From Owenia fusiformis (taxonomy: Eukaryota), in assembly GCA_903813345.2 (NCBI GenBank), contig CAIIXF020000001.1:33604001-33668000 (forward strand): a stretch of 64,000 nucleotides of DNA, written 5' to 3'. The position numbers were made by a program, and so were the translations under genes. Below the pieces are notes generated by a model. That model did no database searches, was not told where the DNA came from, and was given only the letters and a program-made list of their open reading frames with translations. Every line of letters starts with the position of its first letter. The first letter of the stretch is position 1. Shown in pieces: positions 12,289 through 25,955 of this stretch.

Positions 12289-13518
12289 GTCAATGTAATT
12301 GACATACTACATATTAATATGCTTTTAATGAGTATACTATAAAAACCATGAAATGAAAAAATTTTTTTTAGCAATGGTGTAAATTAGTAAAATATGACCT
12401 AAGTTGTACCTGATGTCATGTAGTAATATTGCTATTTGCACAACTGATTTGCAAGAATTCTCTAATGGATGTAATTTGAATAAGAATATTGCAAATGCAA
12501 CAAAATTTGCCGTGATATTCTGCAACAACTGGCAATGATAACTGACAAGGATAATTGACAATTAAATGGTTAAGGTAATTGCTAAAGGTTCAAACTCAAT
12601 ATGCAAAGGCTATATTTTAGTTGTTTTGTGAACAAGATCAAAAGTTATTGAATATAAAATGCTAACATATCTTTTGACAAGACCCTATACAATTAATAAT
12701 GGCATTCCTTGATCTAAAATGCACTGATATGTGTTGAAAACCTCATTTTTATACTTGTTTTTATTCATTGTTATTCCAGTTGGCAAGCCATACTATTTAC
12801 TTTAACTCCAGGTCATCTTGACCTTATGCCAAGACAAATTATTCCTATGTTTTCTTTGTCTTTTGTTTTAGTGGATAATTGATAACTGTAATGTTTACTA
12901 TTCAATAGCACAGTTGCACTAGACTGCCAATTTAAGTGTGCAAAGTAGCTTATAATCCTATTAGCTATTCAAAAGTGAATACTGCAAAATCACACATAAA
13001 TGTCATTCCTATAGCATAGTATTGATCAATATTTTAAAACTCAGTTGTAATGTATATACCAAGAAGCAACTATATTCCATGCAAATTTCTTGATTATTCC
13101 TTGGTTTTACTTTATCCAAGTTCATTTATAATCTGATGCAATCTTGATGCAAATTCTTTAATATCTTTACCACTTTGGCCTTGAATTAACTTGCAATGGC
13201 AATTAACCATATACCATTTTGGATTGGTTTCACCACTTTGGTGCTATTGCAATACTACTTTGGTTTTATTCTTAATACCACTTTGGTCTGAGTTATTTTA
13301 ACCACATTGGTCTGAGTAATTTTAACCACTTTGGTTTACCACTTTGGCTTGATTCATTTGACTTTGATCTTAATATCTCTTTGTTTGAGTTCACTAGATT
13401 TCTTACTGAGCAGAGTTCATTTTCAATGTAGATTTCCTCAGATTTTCCTCAGAGTCCTCAGAAAATGAAAGTAAAGGATACTACCTTTCCTTGGAGTGCT
13501 TGAGTTCGATTTCTTTTT

Positions 13519-13529
13519 CGCTGCCACCA
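13519..13529 (-). promoter_or_regulatory. Primer binding site, tRNA-Leu type
   Basis: TGGTGGCAGCG directly follows the 5' LTR on the minus strand. It is complementary to the 3' end of eukaryotic tRNA-Leu(AAG/UAG), ...CGCUGCCACCA. Confidence 0.85.
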
Positions 13530-13808
13530 TGTAAACTTGTTCTCGCTACCGTACCTTAGTCGATGCCAATTACTCTGTACGAGGGGCCCCTTTGAAGATC
13601 TCCTACGCACGATTCCTTCTAGTATTACATTATAGCTCAGTGTGTTTTTCCAGTCTTTTCCCTGGCTTCTCAAAACGTGAACTGCCTCTTTTCTTCTCAT
13701 AGGTAATTATTGGCTTATTATTGGCTCTATTGAAATATTTCTCAAATAATTGTTCGCCATCTATATGTTATACAAATGCTAACTTATGTACATTACTTGT
13801 TCATCACA
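13530..13808 (-). repeat. 5' LTR (279 bp)
   Basis: Direct repeat of 6992-7270, with TG/CA ends and an adjacent PBS. Confidence 0.96.
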
Positions 13809-14697
13809 TTGTCCTAATTAACTTATTTAAGTCTCAATGACATCCCTAATTGTGATGGAAAACAACAGGAAAGGTGGAATACGGGAGTTAATTGGTTTAT
13901 CCGATTAGAAAAGAACTGAATGTTTTATGTTTGGATTAAGAGAAAGGTGTGAATCAAGAAGATAATTGGTTTATCCTTGTTTTAAGTTAACTGGATGTTT
14001 TTGATTTGGATTATGAACATGTCTTAACTGTTTTATATCCCATGGGTCTGTTATGATAGCTAGGATTCAATCAGTAAATGTTTTATAATCACAGAGACAA
14101 CACAGACACATATGCAGACAAGATTATATCACGAGAAAGAGAAAAAAATTCAACTTCGTAATATCCTATCACTAAAATGCCTCCTAAAAAGGCACATCTG
14201 ACATCCTGAATGCCCTTGATATTTTGAAAGATTATGCATCATCTCTAATGAGCACTCATGAAAAAGTCTTTTTAATTGAAGCAAATATTGCTAATGCTAA
14301 AAGTGCCAAGAAACAAAGAACGACTTTTTCAAGCTAAAGTAAAGCAGTGCTTTGTAACCATAATATGAGATAAGTCATTTAATAAGCATAAGATTTCATA
14401 CAAGACTATCATATTCAGTGTATTACAAAGTTTTTGCCAAAATTAAAGATTTTGCCAAAATTAAAGAGTTATTTTTCCAAAAATAATGAAATTGTTAAAA
14501 ATGTAAATAAAACATAGCATATATGTAGGCTATAGGCCTATTGTAGAATAAACTCATCAACAACATGTATTGTTTTCTGACTAAGTATTAAGTGTTCAAT
14601 ATAGTGGACTGAACAATGAAAATCCCCCCCCCCCCAACAACAATATCCTCGAAATTTGAACACCTGCCAATTTGAATGCTTTTGGCTGGTCCCATGG

Positions 14698-15567
14698 CAG
14701 AGATCACGATAGTTGAAAAAACGTGTTAGCCATTGTGGCTAAATCTTCCAAAATATTTTTAGCCAACCAAAATATGAATTAGCCATTTTGAAAAACCGTA
14801 AAAAAGGGAATTCGCAATAGAGGTGTCACGGTCCAAGAAAATTTCGGTACGGTACGGAACGGTACAAATGGTCTCAACACGTTACTTTCGGGACGGGACG
14901 GGACAGAACATTAAAAATGATGAAATGTCTGATGATGACAGTTTCACTTTCAGTTTCACTTTTCAAAATCATATTCAGGAATAAAAAAACGTCCATTAAA
15001 ATTGAATGTAAAGCATCTGCCGCGAATGTGATCGGCATTTCACATAGTCTGCACGGTGTAATATTACCAATTCGTTTACCTTGTGATATCGGAGTCCCAA
15101 AATACTTCCAAACTGCCGACTTTTTCGACTTAGATGCCGGCTCGATTTTTCAATTTCTTTCCTACATCCGGCATACTGATAATGCACTAGATTTGCGAAC
15201 GACGATGAAGAAATTTACGAACAAGCATTACCATCTACCTGAAATCGCGGGTCCGTTAATAACACTTTTCAATGCAAAGAAGTGTAATCTAGGTACGAGG
15301 TAAGTGAAAATATTTCAGAACGAAATCGGAGGTGTTCCTCGCTCTTTATACACGTTTTTATGCATTTTAGTGAAGGAATCTATGTACCGATATTAACCCT
15401 TTCTGTCCCATGTCCCGAACCGAAGCATCTGGACCGAAATTCGGTCCAATATCGGGAAACCGTGACACCTCTAATTCGCCATAACTGCGAAATACCTTTA
15501 CATATTTTTCGCCACCTCTTTCGAAAATTCGCAATTGGCGAATGGCGAACGTCTACCGTGATCTCTG
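14698..15567. mobile_element. hAT-type MITE (outer)
   Basis: TIR CAGAGATCACG ... CGTGATCTCTG with a perfect 8-bp TSD TCCCATGG (14690-14697, 15568-15575). Confidence 0.88.
14818..15473. mobile_element. hAT-type MITE nested in the previous element
   Basis: TIR TAGAGGTGTCACGGT ... ACCGTGACACCTCTA; 8-bp TSD ATTCGCAA / ATTCGCCA (7 of 8 match). Confidence 0.85.
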
Positions 15568-15992
15568 TCCCATGGGTGTTTGGATTAGACAGGTTTAACT
15601 GTATTATCCTTTATGCATTTTATTTGTAACTTTACTTATGGATCACCAAACAATATTCAAAATTATCTTGAAATATGGTTTCGAAACTTGTTTATCAACT
15701 TTTTTAGTTTTTTGAAAATGTGACTTCTAGTTCGGTGATGTTCCCCATAAACCCCATGCTAAAAATTACAAAAAGTGAAATATCTTTTCTTGTATTTGAC
15801 AGATAACATTTTCTTTTTCTGGACACATTTTAATTTGCATAACTATTAGATACATAAGGGTGATATGAAAAATGAACCACTAAAACTAATGAATATTTAA
15901 GTTAAAGGGAACTTTTTACTATATCCGTCATGTTTGATCTGACCAAAATGAGCCACCTAGTGGTGAAACTGATAACAACCTACTGAAATGTA

Positions 15993-16968
15993 CAGGGTGG
16001 TAAAAAAAAATGACAACCCTAATTTTTCCTCATATCTTTGTCATTTTTTGAAATTTTGCCCTGATATTTGGCACTCATGTACATCATTCAATTTCATACT
16101 AGACTGTATTATTTCATGATCATTGGACTGATAGTTGCAATGTTACAGCACTTTAAACAAGGTGCCCCAGTTTTCCAATATCGTGCTGTAGGCAAACCTG
16201 CACATGTTTTCCAAACCTGTCAATGACATAACAGCATTCCTCAGCAAGTATGGCCTGAATGACACATGTGATCTTTATTTTGAGGTCAAATGTCTTTCTG
16301 GTGTTTCTACCCTACATTGTATCTTTGGGGTATCCCCACTGGTAAAGATTAAATGGGGCCATATCTGGGCTATGGGGTGCCCATTCATTGTTTGTTGAAC
16401 TGCTGATAAGGTGGTCATTGAAGTGGTCCCAAAGCCAATCTTGTGCATCATTTGATGTATGGGGTATAATTCTGTCTTGTTGGAACCACTTTTGCTGCCT
16501 TTCAACCCCCCTGGGTTCACCTAAAATCCCCAAGAACTCCATGGGAATCGCAAAATAGAGCTTGATGTTGACAATTATTGCACATCTGTTAGCATTATCA
16601 AAGGTAAAGGACCCTATCTTCTGAGAACACACTAAACTGTGCATCTGTCTGTGTGAAGGTGCCTCTCCACTACTTCATAAAGTGCTTGGCTCCCCAAGAA
16701 TACATAATTGGTACAGTTTACCAGTGCATCAAGTTGGAAATGGAGTTCATTTGGATAATAGACCAGCTCAGACAGCCCGAAAGTGGCCATCTGGGGTATG
16801 TTGCTTAAAATGCAGTAATATTGTTACTATCAGTCTGATGGTCATGAAATATGGTAGGTTGGTAGGAAATTGAATGATATACACATGTGTAAAATATCAG
16901 GGAGATATTCCTTAGAATGACAAAGATATTAGGAAAAACTAGGGTTGCCGTTTTTTTTGACCACCCTG
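15993..16968 (-). mobile_element. Degenerate, internally deleted Tc1/mariner transposon (DD41D/rosa-like)
   Basis: TA-flanked TIR CAGGGTGG...CCACCCTG with long imperfect inverted arms. Minus-strand remnant WFQQD...WAPHSPDMAPFNLYQWGY has 41 residues between the second D and the decayed third D position. Confidence 0.85.
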
Positions 16969-16983
16969 TATTTGGAATACAGA

Positions 16984-19900
16984 GGCCAAACTGCCCTAAT
17001 ACGTCACTTCCGCTGAATAGAAAAAAGTAGTTTAAAAAAATGAATGTAGTCCCAACACAATTGTGATCTGTGATCATGACGAGTCGGTAAGCTAGTATGT
17101 AGGTACAGTTGTCATCTTTTTGCAATGACAACATGCCATTTCTTCTGAAAATACGTTTATATGGGTAATCTGAAGGAAAATTTCGAGTCAAGTGGCGTAT
17201 TAATTTTGCCTTGATTTTTGTGAATTTCAATTTGTGTCGGCAGAGAGAGGGGGTAGTGTCACAATTGACCAATTATTTTAAAAAGTAGATGTTTAGCCCC
17301 TATTGAGTTTCATGTCAAAATGTAGCTTAGACATAGACTTAGAACCTCAGATAGGTCATTGATGCCACATAAATCCATAACTCCATAAATCCATAATTCG
17401 TAAGCGAGAGGAATTATTAACCAAATCATGTATTGACCTTGTTTTTACTGATGAAATCAATGTTATTTCTCATTTTAAAGTGATGGCCCCTACTGGAAAT
17501 TCAGATCACTGTTCAATTTTGACAAACTTAAGGGTAAATATTCTAAAGGAACCACCTACTAAGAAAACTATATATGGACTCAAATGACTTAAATGATAGA
17601 ATTATCAGCTTCAATTGGGATGAAATCCTTCTTTTGGATGATGTTGACATTGCTACTGAAAGATTCTCAAATAGCCTTTTTGATATTTTCAAAAATTGTA
17701 TACCCAATTTTGAGATTAATCACAAATCTACAGATCAACCATGGTTTTCCCCTAACATCAAAAAAGAGATCAACATTCGTGACAGATTGCATCACAAATT
17801 CAAACGTGCAAATAATCCTGACTTTTTTTACTAAATTTAAGACACAGAGTGATAAGGTAGTCAAATTAATTAAAGAAGCTAAACAATCGTATATTGAAAA
17901 TACTTGTGATAATATATCTATTCTTAATTCAAACTCATCTGACTATTGGGTACTTCTTAAAAAATTGCTAGGTAAATCCTTTGACACATCTCTGCCTTTT
18001 TTACATTTAGAAAATCCTAAATTATCAGCTGGTACTTCTATTGAAAAGGCTGAACTTTTTCTCAAATTTTTTACCCAGAAAAATCATATTAATATTGTCC
18101 ATCCAGAAGTGTTACCAGAGTTTCCTACTTTATGCAACAATAATTTATGTAGTATACAAACTAGTGAAGAAGAAGTTTTAAAATTATTGAAAGATTTAGA
18201 CATATCAAAGGGGGGTGGCAGTGATGGTATCACAAATAGGATGTTATTCTATTCTGCAAACAGTTTAGCCAGTCCTCTTTCACTATTGTTTAATAAGATA
18301 TTAAATTCACATTCATTCCCAAAGGTTTGGAAAGAGGGTATCATAAAACCTCTCCATAAGAAGAAAGATAAATCAAATATTGAAAACTATCGACCAATAA
18401 CAATTTTAAATTCAATGTCCAAAATCTTAGAAAAAGTGCTTTACAATAGAATCTTTAATCACATGAGTCAGAATAATCTTTTCTATGACCTCCAATCTGG
18501 TTTTCTCCCTTTACATAATACCACATCTCAACTTGCCTATATTATTCATTGTATCCATTAGGAGTTAAATAATTGTAACAATGTCCATACAATCTTTTTG
18601 GACCTTGCATCAGCATTTGATGTTGTCCCTCATCATCTTTTGCTTCATAAAATATCAGCTTATGGTATAAACGATGACTTACTCTTGCTTTTAAAGTCCT
18701 ATCTTTCTGGTAGACAGGTTAAAGTCAAGATAAATGAAAAACTTTCAAATTTGTCTGAACCAAACTTTCTAAATGCAGGTGTACCCCAGGATAGCATCTT
18801 AGGGCGTTTGATGTTTCTTATCTATATAAATGATCTACCAACTAATTTAAAATCCAAAACGTTTATCTACGCAGATGATACTTCAATTTTTAGCCCCTAT
18901 CCAAAAGATCAGCCACAAAATTGTCTTGATTTACAACAAGATCTTAACAAAATATATAACTGGGCCCAAACATGGCAAATTAGCTGTAAAGCCTCAAAAT
19001 CGGTTGACTTGACTTTCACTTCACCAACAACTGTTATCCAAAATGAACCAATTTTATTTTTGGGAACTAACCCAATAGATAAACAAAATACCCATAAGCA
19101 TCTGGGTATCATTTTAGATCAAAAACTAACCTTTAAAGAGCATATTAACGAATTAATAAAACAGTCTCAAGCTTTGCTAAACCCTTTTAAAAGGTTGACT
19201 CATGTTTTAAGATCTAAACACTTAGAAACCATTTATAATGCCTTCATTTTGAGTCGAATTGACTATGGTGATATCTTATATTCTAGTGCTCCTGAATTAT
19301 CTTTGATAAAGTTAAATAGACTTCAATATAATGCAGCTTGTTTGATAACTGGCGCTTTGCATGGCTCTAGCACTGAGAAGGTGTTAGATATTTTAAATTG
19401 GACAAAGTTACCAGATAGAAGAAAATCTCATTTCCAAACTTGGAATACTTTACCTGATGATATAAGAAATTGTGAGCGAATTTCAATTTTTAAACGTAGG
19501 ATAAAGGCACATTTTGAAAATTTCAATTTCATAACTTATAGTAATGTTAAAAGAAAAAATGAAGTCTCATTTGATAGACTCAGAGTAGATCTTTATTTGA
19601 AAAGCCAGCTTTTTGCACATAATTTTAATAATGTACCTTCACCAGAATGTGCCTGTGGTCATCGCTCTGAAACACCAAAACACTTTTAACTACAGTGCCC
19701 TCTATACATGAACCCAAGATGTCAACTCCTTAGAGATCTCCATATGGCGGATTGCTTAAGTGCATTTTTAGATTGTAATTCTTCTGATAAAATAGACAAG
19801 CTTTTATTTGGTCACCCTGATTTTGAGCATAATACTAATATTTTAATAATCAAAGCAAGTGTGTCATTTTTGCAATCCACCAAAGACCTACTGGACCCGT

Positions 19901-20184
19901 AACCAAACTCTACACATTAAGCACACAACTTGACCATTTTAAATAAAATAATGAATCTTTCTTTCTAAAGAAAAAATTATGAATGTAACTACATTAAGGT
20001 TTTCAGTTTGACAATAATGTTACTTGTAACCTAGTCAAACCTTATTATTGTATTATTGTATGTATAGTATATATTTGAAATAAATGATTATTAAAAAAAA
20101 AATCTATAACTCGAGATAAAAAGTCAGGCGTTTGCCCTTTTGCCCATTGACTAGTATGGTGACGTGAATTAGGGCAGTTTGGCC
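16984..20184. mobile_element. PIF/Harbinger-like MITE split by a LINE insertion
   Basis: TIR GGCCAAACTGCCCTAAT ... ATTAGGGCAGTTTGGCC; 3-bp TSD AGA (16981-16983, 20185-20187). Confidence 0.8.
17400..20102 (+). pseudogene. 5'-truncated CR1/L2-group LINE ORF2 (endonuclease tail, RT, C-terminal Cys/His motif), disrupted
   Basis: SDH endonuclease end near 17500, YRPITIL, DLASAFD, GVPQDSILG, YADD, KHLGI, CACG...ETPKHF. Frameshift near 17830; stops at 18559 and 19687; AATAAA followed by an A tail. Confidence 0.9.
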
Positions 20185-20330
20185 AGAACAACCATGTGGG
20201 TTTACGAAGTGAAGTTCTATGTTAAATATAATTGGCTCTTATGGACATGACATGCCACATATACATTAATTTAAGGTAGTTGAACACAATGAAGGTTAAG
20301 GAGGTTTTACACAATACATTACATCTCCCT

Positions 20331-21840
20331 GTTTGCGTCCCCCCCCCACATAGTGTGGGGCCATATTGTCGGCTGTCTGTCTGTCTGTCCGGCAGTTTTC
20401 TCCAAAACCGCTACAGATATCACCTTCATATTTTCAGGGATAACTAACGAGTGCATACAGATGTGGACGAAAATTTTTTAGCTCGATACCTACTTCCTGT
20501 TGGCCATTTTGAAGTCAAATGCTAAAATCCTTGTCTGCAAACTTTAAGAAAAACGGCTACACGGTTGCTTTTAAAACTTTAATATCTTGTTCAGCTTACT
20601 TTATTCTACATCTGATTAGGTTTTGGACCTGCTAGCTCAGTCATGGCAGCCATTTTGAATGTTTTAAGAAAAGTTAGCACGCGATAATACTTTGTATCAT
20701 ATTGAGTTTTCATACTTTAACTATTTAGTAGCTTTAGAAATAATTTCAGGTGTACTTTGTTGTAGAAGCCTATGTTATTGTTAACAGTAGTTATATGTGA
20801 GATAATTTTGTAAAAAGAAATCGGCAAAAACTAATAATCACTTTTTTATTGTCAGCCATTTTGGATTTATCCATCCTAAAATCTTGTCTACGCGTTTTCA
20901 GGTGAACCGTTTGGTAGATCAATTTCAAATTTTCAGGGATGATTCCTTGTATTAAAATCTAGAACTGATTACTTTTTTGGCATTCTGGATAATATGTGAA
21001 GGCAGCCATTTTGGATTTTCCGTCCCTCGTCCCTGAAAATCTAGATCTGATTAGATTTTTGGCATTCTGGGTAAATGTCGAGGCAGCCATTTTGGATTTT
21101 CTGTCCTAAATTCTTGTCTACGTGTTTTCAGGTGAGCCATTCGGTAGATCAATTCCAAATTTTTTAGGGATGATTCTTAGTATGAAAATCTAGATCTGAT
21201 TAGTTTTTTGGCATTCTGGGTAAATTTCAAGGCAGCCATTTTGGATTTTCCATCCTAAAATCTTGCCTGTAAAGTCTTGTCTATGTGTTTTCAGGTGAAC
21301 CATTTGGCAGATCAATTTCAAATTTTCAGGGATGATTCCTTGTATTAAAATCTAGAACTGATTACTTTTTTGGCATTCTGGATAATATGTGAAGGCAGCC
21401 ATTTTGGATTTTCCGTCCCTCGTCTATAAAGTCTTGTCTACGCGCTTTCAGGTGAACCATTTGATAGATCAATTTCAAATTTTCAGGAATGATTCTTAGT
21501 ATGAAAATCTAGAACTTATAAGTTTTTTGGCATTCTGGGCAAATGTCAAGGCAGCCATTTTGGATTTTTCTGTCCTAAAATCTTGTCTGTGAAGTCTTGT
21601 TTACACGTTTCCTGGTTTACTGTTTGACGGATCAATTTTTAAATTTTCAGGGTTGGTTCTTAGTATGAAAATCTAGAGCTGACTAAATTTTTGGCATTCT
21701 GGGTAAATTTTAATGTGGCCATTTTGCATTTTCCGTCCCAAAATTGTAACGGTAAAGTCTTGTCTACTCATTTTCAGGATAACCATTTGACGGGATCACG
21801 CATTGGTGGGGACATATTGTACACATTTGTGTTCTTGTTT
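20331..21840. mobile_element. Helentron-type non-autonomous element (HINE) with internal tandem repeats
   Basis: 5' subterminal palindrome, (CTGT)n microsatellite, repeated ggcagccattttggattt units, and a 3' gtggggac sub-TIR plus short hairpin. A partial second copy lies at ~35350-35760. Confidence 0.7.
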
Positions 21841-22700
21841 AGATATGCTTCATACCTAAATTGTGAAACATATGAGACAATAACACTGGCCTTGTTTATT
21901 AAACATGTGAAACATATATAATAAAAATATGTTAGCCTTAAAACTTATGCTTGAGAATATGGTTTGCCCAAATCACTTATAACTTTATACTCCAGAGTCT
22001 CTAATAATTAGCTCACATGGTGAGCTTTTGCAATCACTCACTTGTCCATCTGTCTGTCTATCTGTGCGTGCGTGCGTGCGTGAGTTTGCTAATAGTGTTA
22101 GCCTTTTGCCGTCAGAAAGTATTTTGACCCACTTTTGAGATATGGCGTCCTAAAAGTGGGGCAAAATAAAAAAAATCTCCAAAGGGTGAGGGAAGTTAGT
22201 GCAACAGATTTTTGACAGTTGATAATTTTTTGGCAAGTAGTTTCTGGCTGTAAAAAATAAATGCATATGAAAGAGCATTGGATTATCTCATAATTTGTGT
22301 TTAGTCCACCCACTAACAACTTTTTTTCAAAATAAAATAGTTATTTTCACCATCATCCATCAATTTTTTTACAAATTTTTATTCAAAATTGCATTGTACT
22401 TGAACGCATGTTTCATCACACAAAATATGTAAATCATTCCATAAAGGGATTTATATTTGTTTTTTTATTTTTTTTCGAAAAAAAACATTTTTTAAAAATG
22501 CACGTTTACAGAAATAATTTAGAAGTGATGCAAAAGATGGCAATGTTTTTCAATAACATAAATAGTTTGGTGATATACTCATGTGTGCTGTGTTTTAATC
22601 TCTGCATTCACTGACCGAGTTAGCCTATTGAAAAACCATAGAGATTAATAAGACAAACACAGTAATACTGTAAACACTTTGTACTCCAAGCTCATATACA

Positions 22701-24942
22701 TTTTATATTTAAAAAATTGGCGACCAATTACTTTGCTAAATATTGATTATAAAATTGCATCCAAATCAATAGCACAGAGAATAAATGCTGTTCTAGGTAA
22801 AATTATTGGATCGGATCAAACTGCTTTTATTGAAGGGAGGTTTATCGGAGAAAATATTCGCTATGTCGAGGATCTTTTGGAATACACCAAGAAGAGGGGT
22901 ATACATGGAATCGTTTGTATGGTGGATTTTCTCAAAGCCTACGACAGTGTCGAGTTTGATTATATTGAGCATGTACTAAGGGTGTTTAATTTCGGAGATG
23001 ACCTGATCCGATGGGTTAAGATGTTTAATAATGATATTAAAAGTTGCGTCCTTAACAACAACGTGTCGACTGGCTGGTTTAGTGTTAAACACTCATGCAG
23101 GCAGGGGGACCCGATCAGTTGCTTGAATTTTTTACTTGTTATAGAGATGCTAGCCTTAAAAATTAGACAAGACAATGGTATACAGGGAGTTGACATTGGC
23201 GAGGCAAGTCAAAAACTAGCGATTTTTGCAGATGATACCACGTTGACTCTTAAGGACGTAACGTCATTACAAAAAGCATTGGACATCTTTGAAGATTTCA
23301 GACTAATATCAGGTTTATGTATTAATAGACAAAAAACAGAGTGTATGTATATTGGAAGTGATCGTCATAATAATGAAATAAACCTTTTTGGTCTGAAATG
23401 GGTAAAGATACCAAGTAGACTTTTAGGGATAAAAATATCATATGACACAAATGCAAATAACACGGATAATTTTGAGAGAAAGTTAAATATGCTTGAAAAG
23501 GTTCTTATATTGTGGTCAAAGCGAGATCTTACTTTTTATGGAAAGGTACTCATAATTAAGTCCCAGGCAGTGTCGAAGCTAATATACTCGATGACAATGA
23601 CCAATACGCCTGATGATATCTTGACGAAGGCTCAATGACTAGTCTATTCTTTTTTATGGGGAGGAAAGGGTGAGAAAATTAAGCGAAATACTTTAATAGG
23701 GGATTTTGAGGATGGGGGTCTAAGAATGATTAATATGTTCACAATGGAGAAAGCCTTGAAATTAATGTGGTTAAGACGTTTACTTGACACACGAACTAGT
23801 CACTGGAAGCTTATTCCTCAAGTTTATTTCAAGCGTCTTGGAGGACTGGGTTTTTTGTTGCAGTGTAATTATGATATTAAAACACTGGCACACAGTGTTC
23901 CTACCTTTTATATGAATTTGCTTCGAAACTATTCAGAATTAAGAAATAGGTCGCCGCCTAGAACCAGTTCAGGGGTTAAAGGTGAAATAATTTGGAATAA
24001 CAAATCAATTCTAATTAATGATAAGGAGGTGATGTACAAACATGTCATGGAAAAGGGGGTCATTTATATTAATGACCTTCTTAACGAGAATGGGGCTTTT
24101 TTACAGTACAATGAGTTTAAGACTAAGTATAATATTAATATCAACTTTCTTGAGTATTTTTCAATTATATCGGCTATACCAAATGATTGGAAATTTCTAT
24201 TGAAATCAGATTTAAGTTCGACCTTTGAACCCAGCATACAGGAAGAACTCGTGTATTTGAAACTTGGTGAAAAACAGGTGACAATCTCTAGTATAACCGT
24301 TAAATCAATTCAAACAATATTAAATGGAAACAAGTTCTTGGAACCGTTATATAAAGACAAACATGATCGTGAATTAAAGAGAACCGATTATTTTAAAATG
24401 CCTTATATGTGTACGAAACAGAATAAAACGCGACAACTTCAGTTTAAAATACTTCATGGTATCTGCACTACAAATGCCTTTTTAGCGCAGATAGGCATTA
24501 AAAATGACTCTAAATGTAACTATTGTGCCTTTCGAGATACGTTAAAACACAAATTCTGGGAGTGCAAAAGAATTCAAATATTTCTGGAAGCAATCAAAGG
24601 GAATTTAGAGCGTTTATTTAAAGTTGATTTCGATTTTAACGCCCATGACATGGTTTTTGGAAGGCAAGCTAATAAGAAAAATATCTTACCAAATAGACTT
24701 ACCCTTGCAATTAAGTACTATATTTTTATTAAAGAGTTCGACGAAGTGAATCCCAATTTGTATGAGGCGCAATTTGAAAAAAATATGTTTTATTATGTAC
24801 CTGAACTTAAAAGTATGACTGTTGCAAATGTCTGAATGAATGGAGGTGGTGTGAAAAATATCTGAACTGTTCTAATTATTGTACTTGTACTGTTTGAATA
24901 GAGAAATAAAAAAAAAAAAAAAAAAAGAAAAGAAAAAAAAAA
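22701..24942 (+). mobile_element. 5'-truncated L1/Tx1-clade LINE with poly(A) and 13-bp TSD
   Basis: NWRPITLLNIDYKI, DFLKAYD, RQGDPIS, FADD, C-terminal CNYC...H..WEC. ORFs 22679-23638 and 23726-24835 are in the same frame, split by one TGA. Long poly(A). TSD AAGCTCATATACA at 22688-22700 and 24943-24955. Confidence 0.93.
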
Positions 24943-24963
24943 AAGCTCATATACACATTGCTA

Positions 24964-25955
24964 TAGCATGACGGTTACAGGGGCATCAAAAGGATTTGCC
25001 GAGGGAGGGGTGACTTTTGGGTATGGATAGGTCATGCGTAAAGCGCGCTGCACTTAAAGCGCAATTTAGGGGGATCAAGGGGCATGCCCCAGAAATTTTT
25101 TGGCCACAATTGAACAGAAAATTAAGCTTTGTGCATTACTTTCTACTATTCTGAAGGGATACCAACTATACAGGACGTATCAAAACCACAACATCCCTCA
25201 AAACCGTTATTTGAAATTTAAATCTACCAGGTGTTTGAAAATCAAGGATTGTGAGTCCCATACCGCACCGTTTTTTATTCAAACTTATGCCATTAAAAGC
25301 AAAAATGCCTCTCTGTCTGTTTCTTAGTGTACAAAGTTCCTCGTTACAGCTGTGAGATTAAGCAAATTTTCATAGCTTTCAACTGTAAAACTAGTTATCT
25401 CGCCAGTCTTTTACTCATTTTTGCCCATAATTTCATAATGGACCCTCATTCGACCCTCCATCGCTACGTCTTCATGTTTTTGCATTAAACGCTGCAGTTT
25501 CGAAGTCACCCACACATCTGTTCAAAATTAACCAATATGTTCTGTCGTCTTCCACATCGTCTTTGTAGTCATAAACTCGACGGGGCATAGTGGAACACGA
25601 CGGGACGTTATATAATAATAATGTGGAAAGAGGCTATCAGATCTAGCAACCTTGACCTGACATGTGTACAGGTTTACTTACAGTTAATATTTTGAGTGGC
25701 TCTGAGGCACATATACTGAGAGAATGGACTAAATATTATGAACATGGATATCTCAGTTTATATTCTGCTTCTTGTAGACCACCTGGCAGATTTGACCCAT
25801 TCTTTATAACCATCCATATATACACGTCACCGAATGGAACTAGTTTAAAAGGAAATCTTATCTGTGAATCTTGCCTACAGGCGAGAACCACCCGCCATTT
25901 TTCGTTATCGTTACTGCACGATTTTGCAAATCACCTTGACATAACCGTCATGCTA
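24964..25955. mobile_element. Non-autonomous TIR element, superfamily uncertain
   Basis: TAGCATGACGGTTA ... TAACCGTCATGCTA with TA on both sides. It could also be read as a TATA TSD with GCATG ends. Confidence 0.65.

Larger units (their letters stand above)
6992..13808 (-). mobile_element. Full-length Gmr1-like Ty3/Gypsy LTR retrotransposon
   Basis: Two 279-bp TG...CA LTRs, 5-bp TSD TTGTC (6987-6991, 13809-13813), PBS, PPT and a single gag-pol ORF with PR-INT-RT-RH order. Confidence 0.97.

Noticed and set aside
14917..15303. 128-aa ORF ending at a GTAAGT donor
   Set aside because: It lies inside a nested hAT MITE and has no recognisable domain.
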